64,000 bases of DNA from a virus: IMG/VR virus record IMGVR_UViG_3300008110_000034, positions 1 to 64,000 of that record. One strand, given 5' to 3'. Position numbers and translations under genes: made by a program. The notes beneath the pieces were generated by a model. It saw nothing but the letters and a program-made list of their open reading frames with translations. It did no database searches and had not been told where the DNA came from. The first letter of the stretch is position 1. The number at the start of each line of letters is the position of its first letter. This document shows positions 47,423 through 57,070 of this stretch, one piece after another.

Positions 47423-48423
47423 CATATATTCTAGTAGATACTGCTAATACATTTTTCCGTGCTAGGCACGTAGTTCGTGGAGATGCTGATACTAAACTTG
47501 GTATGGCTCTCCATATTACTTTTAACAGTATTAAAAAGGCCTGGCAAGATTTTGAGGGCAAGCATGTTGTATTCTGTCTTGAAGGTCGATCATGGCGTAA
47601 AGACGTTTATACGCCCTATAAGGCTAATAGAGCCGAAACTCGAGCTGCTATGACTCCAAAAGAAGCAGAAGAAGATAAACTCTTTTGGGAAACCTTTGAT
47701 AAGTTTAAGGAATTCATTACTGAGAAATCTAATTGTACTGTGTTACAACACCCACAGTTAGAAGCAGATGATCTTATTGCAGGATGGATACAAAGTCATC
47801 CTCACGACAGTCATGTTATTATTAGCACTGACAGCGACTTTGCACAACTAATTTCTCCAACTGTTCGGCAATACAACGGCGTAGCAAATGTAACTACTAC
47901 GCACAAAGGATATTTTGACGATCGAGGAAAAGAAGTAATTGATAAAAAAACTAAGCAGCCGAAGCCGGCACCTAATCCACAATGGCTGCTATTCGAAAAA
48001 TGTATGCGAGGTGATACAAGCGATAATGTGTTTTCAGCATACCCAGGAGTTCGCGTTAAAGGAACAAAAAATAAAGTAGGACTAACAGAAGCGTTTGAAG
48101 ATAGAAACTCAAAAGGATTCGCGTGGAACAATCTCATGTTACAACGTTGGATGGATCATAACGGTGTTGAACATAGAGTGCTCGACGACTATAATAGAAA
48201 TGTACAGCTCTGTGATCTAACTGCACAACCTGATCATATTAGATCTTTGATTAAAGAAACTATTCATGCACAGACTAGTTCTCCTAAGAAAATTGACCAA
48301 GTTGGAATTCGAATGTTAAAATTTTGTAATTTATTTGACTTACAAAAAATTTCAGACAACATTCAACAATATGCAGAACCATTCGCTGCCAAATATACTA
48401 GTAAAGAAGTTGAACTAATTTAA
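47419..48423 (+). CDS. 5'-3' exonuclease / T4 RNase H-like flap nuclease
   Basis: LVDTAN, SWRKDVYTPYKANR, EADD, STDSD, GDTSDN. Confidence 0.88.
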   Translation: MTYILVDTANTFFRARHVVRGDADTKLGMALHITFNSIKKAWQDFEGKHVVFCLEGRSWRKDVYTPYKANRAETRAAMTPKEAEEDKLFWETFDKFKEFITEKSNCTVLQHPQLEADDLIAGWIQSHPHDSHVIISTDSDFAQLISPTVRQYNGVANVTTTHKGYFDDRGKEVIDKKTKQPKPAPNPQWLLFEKCMRGDTSDNVFSAYPGVRVKGTKNKVGLTEAFEDRNSKGFAWNNLMLQRWMDHNGVEHRVLDDYNRNVQLCDLTAQPDHIRSLIKETIHAQTSSPKKIDQVGIRMLKFCNLFDLQKISDNIQQYAEPFAAKYTSKEVELI

Positions 48424-48440
48424 ATCTATAAAGGATACAA

Positions 48441-48911
48441 ATGAATTTAAAAGCTAAACCCATTATAGAAGGAAAGTATTGGATAATAGAAAAAGATGGT
48501 GAAAAGGTTGCTATCTTACATAAAAAAGAAAACAACAAGTTTATGTTAAGTTCCAAAGACGGCGAAAAATATTTTAATCGTAAAGACGAACTAACTAAAA
48601 TTTTTGGAAAAGATTTCTTTGGAAAATCTATCAAAACTAAAATCTCTTCAATAGAAGTAAGAGATGTTTACGGATTTCCTACACCATGTCATCCATACAA
48701 TCCTCTTTTTGATATTAAGAGAAAATTACCTTTGTTTACAAAGAGTAGTCAAAGTAAAAGTTTATACTGTGCAGGATATTATACCATTAGATTTGATAAA
48801 GGATGGGTAAAATCGTTCTGTCCTAAACTAATCACTATTGAAAGATATGAATCCAGAGGACCTTTTAAAACTGAATTAGAAATGAAACAGGTACTTAGTC
48901 ATGCAAAATAA
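48441..48911 (+). CDS. Hypothetical protein
   Basis: AAGGA SD. Confidence 0.6.
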   Translation: MNLKAKPIIEGKYWIIEKDGEKVAILHKKENNKFMLSSKDGEKYFNRKDELTKIFGKDFFGKSIKTKISSIEVRDVYGFPTPCHPYNPLFDIKRKLPLFTKSSQSKSLYCAGYYTIRFDKGWVKSFCPKLITIERYESRGPFKTELEMKQVLSHAK

Positions 48912-49137
48912 TACTATTAACACATTACCTATTCAGCAGTTTATACAACAGGTAAGGGCTGCAGAACTAAGCCAACAAAGAGAAATTAAGTTAGATATAA
49001 AAACTGCTAAAAATTTAGCATTTTGTTTAGGTGAAATTAGTGCTAAACTGCTGCAAGACTATACAGAAGTTCTTTCTGCACTACAAAAAACATCTGGAGA
49101 ATCGGTTACTATAAAAATGGACGGTGGTGGTTTTTAA
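48901..49137 (+). CDS. Small hypothetical protein
   Basis: Coupled ORF. Confidence 0.55.
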   Translation: MQNNTINTLPIQQFIQQVRAAELSQQREIKLDIKTAKNLAFCLGEISAKLLQDYTEVLSALQKTSGESVTIKMDGGGF

Positions 49138-49181
49138 CTAAAAAATGGATAAATATATACGTACATTTCGGAGACGTATAT

Positions 49182-49466
49182 ATGTCGAGACCAAAACCAA
49201 AAGTTCTTCTGGAACAAGTAAATAAAAAAAATTATAAATGCGATCAAATTTTAGAAGCAGAAGCAGTTTGGGCTGTCTTCTATAAAGGTAGTCCTTTCAA
49301 TTTAAAAAGTTTTAATAGTTTAACTAGTTACCCTGGACCAAAATATAAAAAAGTCAGTTTTAGTAACCCCGGACATGCACACAATCTTGCTAAAAAATTA
49401 AATCAAATGTTTAATTGTAAAGATTTTCAAGTTTATAAATTAACATCCGGCGATCCAGTTAAATGA
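49182..49466 (+). CDS. Small basic hypothetical protein
   Basis: TAAATA at 49150; GGAG SD. Confidence 0.6.
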   Translation: MSRPKPKVLLEQVNKKNYKCDQILEAEAVWAVFYKGSPFNLKSFNSLTSYPGPKYKKVSFSNPGHAHNLAKKLNQMFNCKDFQVYKLTSGDPVK

Positions 49467-49858
49467 TAGCCAAGGAAACATACACAAAAATTTTTCTTAA
49501 ACAAAAAGAAAAATCTTGTGATCCTGCTAACATAAAAATTCATATGTTCAAATGGTGGCAAAGTCACCGTTCAAAAAAAGAAGGCGGATTGAGATTATCC
49601 GATGAAGGATACGATTTCTTAACCAAAGAGCTAGAGTTAAGAAGTTACGAAGTTAAGTTCACTGAACCAATCGAACTAAGTCCCCAAACAATCATATTTT
49701 TTGATAGATATATTGATTGTCCTTATTATCTTACTAACAGTTATTTGGTTGTTTTTTCTGAAAAAAAAGCTTTTGAACTTTACATGTTTTCGGACGACAT
49801 TCGAAAATACGGATTGGTTAAAGCTATGAAAAACAGAGAAGAAGTCCAAAATGGCTAA
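49463..49858 (+). CDS. Hypothetical protein
   Basis: ATGA coupling. Confidence 0.6.
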   Translation: MIAKETYTKIFLKQKEKSCDPANIKIHMFKWWQSHRSKKEGGLRLSDEGYDFLTKELELRSYEVKFTEPIELSPQTIIFFDRYIDCPYYLTNSYLVVFSEKKAFELYMFSDDIRKYGLVKAMKNREEVQNG

Positions 49859-49865
49859 AAAGTAT

Positions 49866-49894
49866 TTGACAGTTGCCTAACTCTGTCATATAAT
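49866..49894 (+). promoter_or_regulatory. Sigma70-type promoter with palindromic spacer
   Basis: TTGACA-17-TATAAT; TGACAG/CTGTCA inverted repeat. Confidence 0.85.
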
Positions 49895-49940
49895 ACTGAC
49901 TGTAACACAATTTAACCACAATTTTTTTAAAGGATAATAA

Positions 49941-51029
49941 ATGAGCGAAATCTCATCTCGACAAGTTGGACCCAATGCTGCTAAAAAAGGTTTGCGTAAA
50001 GCATTCAAGCACAAGCGTCCTGTATTCCTTTGGGGACCTCCGGGTATCGGTAAGTCGGACATTATTAAGCAGTTGGGCGTCGAGCTTGATGCTCATGTAA
50101 TTGATGTTCGTTTGAGCCTCTGGGAGCCGACTGACATCAAAGGTATTCCGTACTTTGATTCTAACAATAGTACAATGGCATGGGCTCCCCCATCTGAATT
50201 GCCCAGTAAAGCACTAGCATCAAAATATAAAAATGTCATTTTGTTCCTAGACGAAATGAATTCTGCGGCGCCCACAGTACAGGCTGCTGCCTATCAGTTG
50301 ATTCTTAATCGTCGTGTTGGCACATATGAATTGCCTGACAATGTTTTTCTAGTTGCCGCTGGTAACCGCGAAAGCGACAAGGGTGTTACTTATCGTATGC
50401 CTGCTCCATTGGCGAACCGTTTTGTTCACTTGGAAATGCGTGTAGACTGGGACGACTACTTTGGTTGGGCTACTGAAAATAAGATCAATAAGGATGTCGT
50501 TGGTTTCCTTTCTTTCAGCAAAAAAGATCTTTATGATTTTGATCCTAAGTCTGCTAGTCGTGCATTTGCTACTCCTCGTACTTGGAGTTTTGTAAGTGAA
50601 TTACTCGACGACGAAGACGGTGACGAGAACACTCTTACTGACTTGGTATCAGGTGCAGTGGGCGAAGGTCTTGCTATTAAATTTATGGCACATCGTAAAG
50701 TGGCTAGCAAGATGCCTAAGCCTGAAGATGTGTTAACTGGCAAGGTTAAAAAGATGGAATCAAAAGAGATTTCAGCTATGTACTCTTTGACTATTAGTTT
50801 GTGCTATGAACTCAAAGATGCATGTGATAAAAACGATAAGGATTGGAACAAAAAAGTTAACAATTTCTTTAACTTTATCATGAATAACTTTGAAACTGAA
50901 TTGGTTATTATGGGTACTAAGTTAGCACTTACACAGTATCAGCTGCCATTAGATCCAGACGAGATCGAATGTTTTGACGATTTCCATGCTAAATATGGCA
51001 AATATATTAGCCAAGCGACCGATCGATAA
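49941..51029 (+). CDS. MoxR-like AAA+ ATPase
   Basis: GPPGIGKS, LFLDEMN, AAGNR, LANRF. Confidence 0.85.
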   Translation: MSEISSRQVGPNAAKKGLRKAFKHKRPVFLWGPPGIGKSDIIKQLGVELDAHVIDVRLSLWEPTDIKGIPYFDSNNSTMAWAPPSELPSKALASKYKNVILFLDEMNSAAPTVQAAAYQLILNRRVGTYELPDNVFLVAAGNRESDKGVTYRMPAPLANRFVHLEMRVDWDDYFGWATENKINKDVVGFLSFSKKDLYDFDPKSASRAFATPRTWSFVSELLDDEDGDENTLTDLVSGAVGEGLAIKFMAHRKVASKMPKPEDVLTGKVKKMESKEISAMYSLTISLCYELKDACDKNDKDWNKKVNNFFNFIMNNFETELVIMGTKLALTQYQLPLDPDEIECFDDFHAKYGKYISQATDR

Positions 51030-51048
51030 TTGTTTGGTCCATTAAACA

Positions 51049-51077
51049 TTGACACCGCCTACGGGCGGTGTTATAAT
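51049..51077 (+). promoter_or_regulatory. Sigma70-type promoter whose spacer is a C(TACG)G hairpin
   Basis: TTGACA-17-TATAAT; ACACCGCC-TACG-GGCGGTGT. Confidence 0.85.
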
Positions 51078-51105
51078 ATGTACATACTAACAGTTAAGGA
51101 AAAAT

Positions 51106-52287
51106 ATGTATAATACTGATCCAATCGTTGATAAAATTGTTGTAGCTCGAGTTGGTCTCCTGCTACGTCATCCGTTTTTTGGTAACATGGCTACTCGTCT
51201 ACAAATTAAAGAAGCAGACGATTGGTGTCCTACTGCGGCTACTGACGGACGTCATTTATACTATAATACTAAATTTTTCGAAACTCTAAATATCAAACAA
51301 ATTGAATTTGTTGTTGCACACGAAATTCTACATAATGTGTTTGATCATATGAGTCGTGTCGAAGGCCGTGATCGATTCATTTGGAACGCGGCTGCTGACT
51401 ATTGTGTAAATGGTCAATTAGTTCGAGACAAGATCGGAGAAGTTCCGCCAGAAATTAAAATATTTCATGACTCCAAATATTACGGTTGGGGTGCAGAACA
51501 AGTGTATGATGAAATCTTTTCAAACATGGATGAAGAGCAACTTAAAGCTCTAGGTCAGTTACTTGACGAACACATTGACTGGAATAAAGATAACGGCGAC
51601 GGTAGGCCGTCATATTCAAAAGAAGAATTGAAAAAAATTCGTGACGAGATCAGAGATGCTACTATTCAAGCAGCTCAAGGTGCAGGCGCAGGTAATGTGC
51701 CATCGGGTGTAGAACGATTAATTAAAGAATTAACAGAACCTAAAATAAATTGGCGCACATTGCTACGTCAACAAATCCAAAGCACTATTAAAAACGATTA
51801 TACTTTTATGCGTCCAAATCGAAAAGGTTGGCACACTGGTGCTGTTTTACCAGGTATGCGATTTGACGAAACTATCGATATAGCTATTTCTTTAGATATG
51901 AGTGGATCCATTGGCGATGATCAAGCTAGAGATTTCCTTTCAGAAATTAAAGGAATTATGGAAGAGTACAAAGATTTTAAGTTAAAGATTTGGTGCTTTG
52001 ATACAAGTGTTTACAACGAGGCAGATTTTGACGGGTATAATGACGACATCGGAGGATACGAAGTCAAAGGTGGCGGTGGTACTGACTTTGATGCTAATTG
52101 GCATTATATGAAAGAAAACAATATTGAACCAAAGAAATTTATCATGTTTACTGATGGATATCCTTGGGGTAGTTGGGGTGACGAAAATTACTGCGATACT
52201 GTCTTTATTATTCACGGTAATGATAAAATTGTTCCGCCGTTTGGAACATATGCCTACTACGAAAATCCAAAATTTCAAGAATCATAA
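51106..52287 (+). CDS. Metallopeptidase-VWA domain protein
   Basis: TAATDG, AHEILH (HExxH), MIDAS-type DMSGS, GGGGTDF, FTDG. Confidence 0.82.
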   Translation: MYNTDPIVDKIVVARVGLLLRHPFFGNMATRLQIKEADDWCPTAATDGRHLYYNTKFFETLNIKQIEFVVAHEILHNVFDHMSRVEGRDRFIWNAAADYCVNGQLVRDKIGEVPPEIKIFHDSKYYGWGAEQVYDEIFSNMDEEQLKALGQLLDEHIDWNKDNGDGRPSYSKEELKKIRDEIRDATIQAAQGAGAGNVPSGVERLIKELTEPKINWRTLLRQQIQSTIKNDYTFMRPNRKGWHTGAVLPGMRFDETIDIAISLDMSGSIGDDQARDFLSEIKGIMEEYKDFKLKIWCFDTSVYNEADFDGYNDDIGGYEVKGGGGTDFDANWHYMKENNIEPKKFIMFTDGYPWGSWGDENYCDTVFIIHGNDKIVPPFGTYAYYENPKFQES

Positions 52288-52349
52288 TTTTGCTCATTTC
52301 TGTTCTATGAAACAAATTTTTATCATATATAGTGTATAAGGAGATTATT

Positions 52350-52604
52350 ATGGAACACGAAACACAAGAAAATCAAATTAATTTAACTGCACAGTCTGCC
52401 GAAGCTCAGTCCGAGGCAGGCTCTCAAAATGCTGCTGGTACCGAATTAAACATCAATGATCTGGCTGCAATGAAAATGATTGTTGACATTGCTAGTTCAA
52501 GAGGTGCATTTAAGCCTGCAGAAATGATGGCAGTTGGACAAACTTATAATAAACTTACTGCATTCTTAAATGCTGTATCTAAAGGAGCATCTAATGGATC
52601 TTAA
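52350..52604 (+). CDS. Small hypothetical protein
   Basis: AAGGAG SD, ATG 52350. Confidence 0.6.
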   Translation: MEHETQENQINLTAQSAEAQSEAGSQNAAGTELNINDLAAMKMIVDIASSRGAFKPAEMMAVGQTYNKLTAFLNAVSKGASNGS

Positions 52605-53214
52605 ACACGTAGGTCGCGTTAAGGCTGATGCAAAAAAATGCTTAGTCGTTTTTCGAACACTGCCTGGTGACTCTAGTTATTGCCTTATAGTTCCTACAGA
52701 GTTATTATCAGACAGTCAACACGACGCGATTATTAGCTGCGTCGAAGGTAATACTGCACAAGCTTCCTTTGAGTTTGGCGAGGTATTAGCTAGGGTTCCA
52801 TTTTCAGATGGTAGAATGATGTTACCAGCTTTACATGCTGAAGGAAAGCTAGTTAGAATAGCTACTAAAGATATTGAAATGATTCCTAATCATACTACTG
52901 CTATTCAGCTGTCTGAGTTAAATCAAATGATTGCCGAGCAAAGAGGAACCACTGTAGATGAATTAGCTCTTAAATCGCCTAGTAAATCAGAAGGTCCAAA
53001 ATCTGAAACAGTAGATGTGGCTACTATTCAAGAAGTACCGAAAGTTTCTGAACCTGATTTAGTTACTCCTAATCCAAATGCAACACCAGAGGAGACTGCA
53101 AAACTATACAGAAGTCAAGCAGACAAACTAAGTAAGGAAGCTGCAAACTTAAGAAGACTGGCGGAAGATCTTGTCCCAACGAAAAAACCAGAGCGAAAAC
53201 AAATGGTTTCCTAA
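52594..53214 (+). CDS. Hypothetical protein
   Basis: AAGGAG SD, ATG 52594. Confidence 0.6.
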   Translation: MDLKHVGRVKADAKKCLVVFRTLPGDSSYCLIVPTELLSDSQHDAIISCVEGNTAQASFEFGEVLARVPFSDGRMMLPALHAEGKLVRIATKDIEMIPNHTTAIQLSELNQMIAEQRGTTVDELALKSPSKSEGPKSETVDVATIQEVPKVSEPDLVTPNPNATPEETAKLYRSQADKLSKEAANLRRLAEDLVPTKKPERKQMVS

Positions 53215-53509
53215 AGATATCAACGATACTTGGTCTGAAATTTTTGAAGAAATTGAATTTGATGCTATACCAATTGAATACATACATGCCATTGATGTTG
53301 TTTTCAAAAATAAAAAAGTTTGGTCAATAGAAGTAGAAAAAAAATTATCCTATACATCGTGGAGTGATTTTGAGAAGGAAGTTCGAGAAATGCTCGGATC
53401 TTATAAAGATGACATAGAACATGTTAATTTTAAACTCGACACAGAGAGACTTAGAGTAGACATTACAAACAGTACTAAAAAATTCTTCAAAAATAGAAAG
53501 TTAAAATGA
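53171..53509 (+). CDS. Hypothetical protein (start uncertain)
   Basis: TTG start overlapping the upstream gene. Confidence 0.5.
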   Translation: MSQRKNQSENKWFPKDINDTWSEIFEEIEFDAIPIEYIHAIDVVFKNKKVWSIEVEKKLSYTSWSDFEKEVREMLGSYKDDIEHVNFKLDTERLRVDITNSTKKFFKNRKLK

Positions 53510-54174
53510 AAGTAAAGTTAATATCACATAGTACACCATCTCCTGAAATTCTTGCACAAGGGCTCGAAGATGCACAAGATCTTATAGCTTTTTGTGCAAG
53601 AGTAAGTAATCCAAGTAATCAGTTCAATACAGGAACCAGCGAAAAATTAATTAACTATCTAGTTAAACATAAACATTGGAGTCCGCTTGAAATGGTATCA
53701 GTGTGTTTAGAAATCGAAACAACACGAGACATTGCAAGGCAAATGCTACGACATCGTAGTTTTAGCTTTCAAGAATTTAGTCAACGCTACGCTGATCCAA
53801 CAAAGGACCTTAACTTTGTACATAGAGAGGCACGACTCCAGGATACTGCTAATCGACAGAACAGTATAGAAACCGACGATGACGACTTACAACAACAATG
53901 GCGTCGGTGGCAGAACAATGTTATTACTGAAGCACGTATGGCATATAATTGGGCTATTGAAAACGGTATAGCTAAAGAACAAGCTCGTGCTGTATTGCCG
54001 GAAGGGCTTATTGAAAGTCGTTTATATATGAACGGTACATTGCGTAGCTGGATACATTATATCGAACTTCGTTCCTCTAATGGAACACAAAAAGAACACA
54101 TGGAAATTGCTCGTGCATGTGCAGAAGTAATTTCTAAAGTAGTTCCTATGATCAATAATTTTATTACTGATTAA
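53506..54174 (+). CDS. thyX: Flavin-dependent thymidylate synthase
   Basis: HWSPLE, RHRSFSFQEFSQRY, ARAVLP. Confidence 0.93.
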   Translation: MKVKLISHSTPSPEILAQGLEDAQDLIAFCARVSNPSNQFNTGTSEKLINYLVKHKHWSPLEMVSVCLEIETTRDIARQMLRHRSFSFQEFSQRYADPTKDLNFVHREARLQDTANRQNSIETDDDDLQQQWRRWQNNVITEARMAYNWAIENGIAKEQARAVLPEGLIESRLYMNGTLRSWIHYIELRSSNGTQKEHMEIARACAEVISKVVPMINNFITD

Positions 54175-55282
54175 ACCATTCAGTAAGTTTTTCTTTAAGA
54201 TTTTTTCCGATCTGCTCTTGAACAATCTGTCTATGCTGATTGTTCTTTTTTAGCCTCTCGTTGAGATTAGTAACGGACATTATGGAATCTTTGTTCTTTA
54301 AAAGACGTTCTAGCTCTTCTGCTACCATTTTTATTCGATTACCCGGATTTGGTTCTAAATCGTAAGAATGATCTACAATATCATCAAAGACATCAAACCC
54401 GTGATCCCTAACAGCTTGCACATGCCCTTTAACTGTTACAAATAATGGTATCTGATAAGATTGAAAAGCAAAAAACGTTTTCTCTGTTAAAAATACTCTA
54501 TCACTAAAAATACCTCCACAGTAGTTAGTACATTTTGTTCCAGGTATAATAGAATCGTCATAAGTAGATTCTAAAACTACTTTTACTATTGAATCTATTG
54601 CTTCGGGCGGGTAAGTGACTACATACTGATTTCTTTTTACTATTCCGTCAGCATACATTGGAAACAAATGTGTGTATTCTGCAGGTATTAATTCTTTATA
54701 TAATTCGTCCCCGTAATCGTCTGAAACTCCAAAACTCACACACCCTAAATTTAAAAGGTCTCGTTTAACTAATTCTAAAGTAAATAATAATCTAAAATTT
54801 TTTGGATTTCTTGATAAAGAATTGTAAAAAGTTTTTCTTTGAGAAATAGGCGTTAGTGCTCGCACTACACTTGTTAGATCCAATACAGGATTAATAACAA
54901 AAGGATTTGTACCTATGTGAGGGTAACTTCCGTCTGTAGTATATCCTGCATCAACAACCATTATATCTTCAATATTTTTTCCTGTTATTTCTAAAATAAA
55001 GTCTACTATTTCTTTCCATCTGTAATTTGGTAACGCTTCATTTCTGACCATTAATAAAAGTTTAGGGTATTCTTTTAATTTCTTTATGCTATGGCCAACA
55101 ATAAAAAGTTTTATCCTGCCAAGGTTATCCCAATATTTTAAAGCTGCTACATCAAAATTAATTACGCCTATTTTACGTTTTCCTCTACCTTCTAGAAGAT
55201 GAACTATGTCTCTGTTTAACCATACCCAATCTTTATCTTTAACTCTCTCTTGTAGTACGTTTAAATGAGATTTACTTAGCAT
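54164..55282 (-). CDS. Hypothetical protein with a glycosyltransferase-like C-terminus
   Basis: FLTEKTF...PLFV...GFDVFDDIVDHSYD resembles GT10-type motifs; ATG 55282 overlaps the upstream stop. Confidence 0.45.
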   Translation of the reverse strand: MLSKSHLNVLQERVKDKDWVWLNRDIVHLLEGRGKRKIGVINFDVAALKYWDNLGRIKLFIVGHSIKKLKEYPKLLLMVRNEALPNYRWKEIVDFILEITGKNIEDIMVVDAGYTTDGSYPHIGTNPFVINPVLDLTSVVRALTPISQRKTFYNSLSRNPKNFRLLFTLELVKRDLLNLGCVSFGVSDDYGDELYKELIPAEYTHLFPMYADGIVKRNQYVVTYPPEAIDSIVKVVLESTYDDSIIPGTKCTNYCGGIFSDRVFLTEKTFFAFQSYQIPLFVTVKGHVQAVRDHGFDVFDDIVDHSYDLEPNPGNRIKMVAEELERLLKNKDSIMSVTNLNERLKKNNQHRQIVQEQIGKNLKEKLTEWFNQ

Positions 55283-56432
55283 AAGTTTTATCTCCAGGAA
55301 ATAACGGTAGTTCAGTATTAGGTGCTCTTTTAGGAATTTTACTATCGGCACTACTTACACAACTTGGAGTAATACAAGGTTTAGGACTATCAAATAATCT
55401 AAAACCTGTTTCTATATTTCCCAATGGCACATCGTGACAGCTATAACTTCGTTTGATGCTTCCGTCTGGTTCGCGTATAATAATACCTCGATATCCACTA
55501 CTACATTCCCATCCTTCAAATTTGTTAAAATTAAAGGCATTAAATCGTTCGGCCTGATCCATGTACCACACCTTTTGTTCTTTATCTATAAATTCTACTT
55601 GAAAGTGTTGTGGGATATTTTGATTTTCTGCTTTATAAATTGGATCAGGCATCTTAACAAAAGTAGGAAATGGTCTTGAGACTAGTTTAGCAGTGGCAGC
55701 TTTAGCTTCAGTAAACGCCCGTTGAGGCATTCCGTTATGTAACTTTTCTAACATTTCAGAAGTATAACCATCTACTACCCGACTAGCAGTGGGATCGCTT
55801 TGAGGCTTTAATGTAACATTAATACCCCTATTATGAAAGTAAAGAGCGTTTTCATAATCTTTATCAAACCACTCTGGTACCATGACCATATTAATTGTAA
55901 CTTGTACATCATGGTCTTGACAAAGTTCTAATTTATCTCCAAATTCTTTTAGCTTCTCTTTAGTGTCAACATGTTCAGTGTGTAGACTAGCAGTTATACT
56001 TGCACGGTGGAATTTACTAACAGCAGGACAATATTCATCGTTAAACCATTTTACAGTTCTGCTCATATTAGTTGTCATATGAACACTGGTGTAATTTGTA
56101 TTTGGGGCATCATTATTCAAATGATTTAAAATATCTATGTACCCTGGATGAAAGGTTGGTTCGCCTCCACTAAGGCTAAAATGAAAACTATTAAATCCTC
56201 TTTCTCTAGCCTGTCGTTTAATTTCGTCTACAGTTTTAATACATAATTCTGTTGGTCTATGATCTTTTTTATCACTCCGTGCATAAGGCCAACAATAGCT
56301 ACAACGATAGTTACAATATCTGCCTAATAACCAACTTACTGTAAAAAGGTCTCTATATAACATATTTCGTTGTCCAACACGAACTATATTTTCAAACGGT
56401 ATTTTTTTAAAATCGTATTCTGATTTTTCCAT
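55272..56432 (-). CDS. Radical SAM protein with C-terminal Cys-rich extension
   Basis: CNYRCSYC, GGEPT, extra C-terminal Cys residues. Confidence 0.85.
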   Translation of the reverse strand: MEKSEYDFKKIPFENIVRVGQRNMLYRDLFTVSWLLGRYCNYRCSYCWPYARSDKKDHRPTELCIKTVDEIKRQARERGFNSFHFSLSGGEPTFHPGYIDILNHLNNDAPNTNYTSVHMTTNMSRTVKWFNDEYCPAVSKFHRASITASLHTEHVDTKEKLKEFGDKLELCQDHDVQVTINMVMVPEWFDKDYENALYFHNRGINVTLKPQSDPTASRVVDGYTSEMLEKLHNGMPQRAFTEAKAATAKLVSRPFPTFVKMPDPIYKAENQNIPQHFQVEFIDKEQKVWYMDQAERFNAFNFNKFEGWECSSGYRGIIIREPDGSIKRSYSCHDVPLGNIETGFRLFDSPKPCITPSCVSSADSKIPKRAPNTELPLFPGDKTYAK

Positions 56433-56433
56433 G

Positions 56434-56988
56434 TTAAACTTTCTGAATTGGGTCTATGCTTATTTCGTTTATATGAAATTCTTTAGGCTGTTCAATAACC
56501 CATTTTATGTAATTTGCTGCAAGACTAATATCCATACAAGTCCTAGTTGGATGTTTATGTTGTACATTAGATAAACTACCAAAACTTACTAAAGTGACTG
56601 TAGGACCTCCTTGCCATACACCGTTCATCGAAAGTGTATTACAATAATCTCTCAAAGCTTTTTTCTCTGCATTATATAACCATGCTCCGCCTTTTTTAAC
56701 TCGATCAGTTGTTGATCCTACACAAATTATTTTTAGATCTTTTTTGTTTTCTATGCAAGATTTATAAACTGCATCTAGTAGTACAGTTTGGTTAAATTTC
56801 CATAGTGCTGAACAATTTATAAAAATATCGTAATCTAAAACTTTTTTGGCTAGAGATAACTGTCCATCCGCTGAGGTTAAATCGTAGCCAGTTGTCCTTG
56901 ATACAAAAGTAGCGTCCGGATATATTTTAAATAGTTCAGAAGACAATCCAAAATTTTTATTTCCGGTTATTAGTATTTTGGAGCTCAC
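56434..56988 (-). CDS. Atypical short-chain dehydrogenase/reductase
   Basis: ITGNKNFGL, FINCS, YNAEK (YxxxK). Confidence 0.7.
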   Translation of the reverse strand: MSSKILITGNKNFGLSSELFKIYPDATFVSRTTGYDLTSADGQLSLAKKVLDYDIFINCSALWKFNQTVLLDAVYKSCIENKKDLKIICVGSTTDRVKKGGAWLYNAEKKALRDYCNTLSMNGVWQGGPTVTLVSFGSLSNVQHKHPTRTCMDISLAANYIKWVIEQPKEFHINEISIDPIQKV

Positions 56989-57022
56989 ATCTTCCTCTTA
57001 TTTTTACTTTGAAATAGTAGCA

Positions 57023-57034
57023 TATAAATATTTA
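57023..57034. promoter_or_regulatory. Bidirectional late promoter
   Basis: TATAAATA on + (57023-57030) within the palindrome TAAATATTTA (57025-57034), between divergent genes. Confidence 0.65.
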
Positions 57035-57070
57035 GCTAGTAAAAACTAGCCAACATAATTTGAAGAACCC

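Noticed and set aside
431-55679. Many short opposite-strand or alternate-frame ORFs in the track (e.g. 431-748, 3438-3764, 15914-16303, 25648-25980, 29468-29767, 40993-41187)
   Set aside because: They are shadows of well-supported genes, lack SD or motifs, and reflect low-complexity sense codons.
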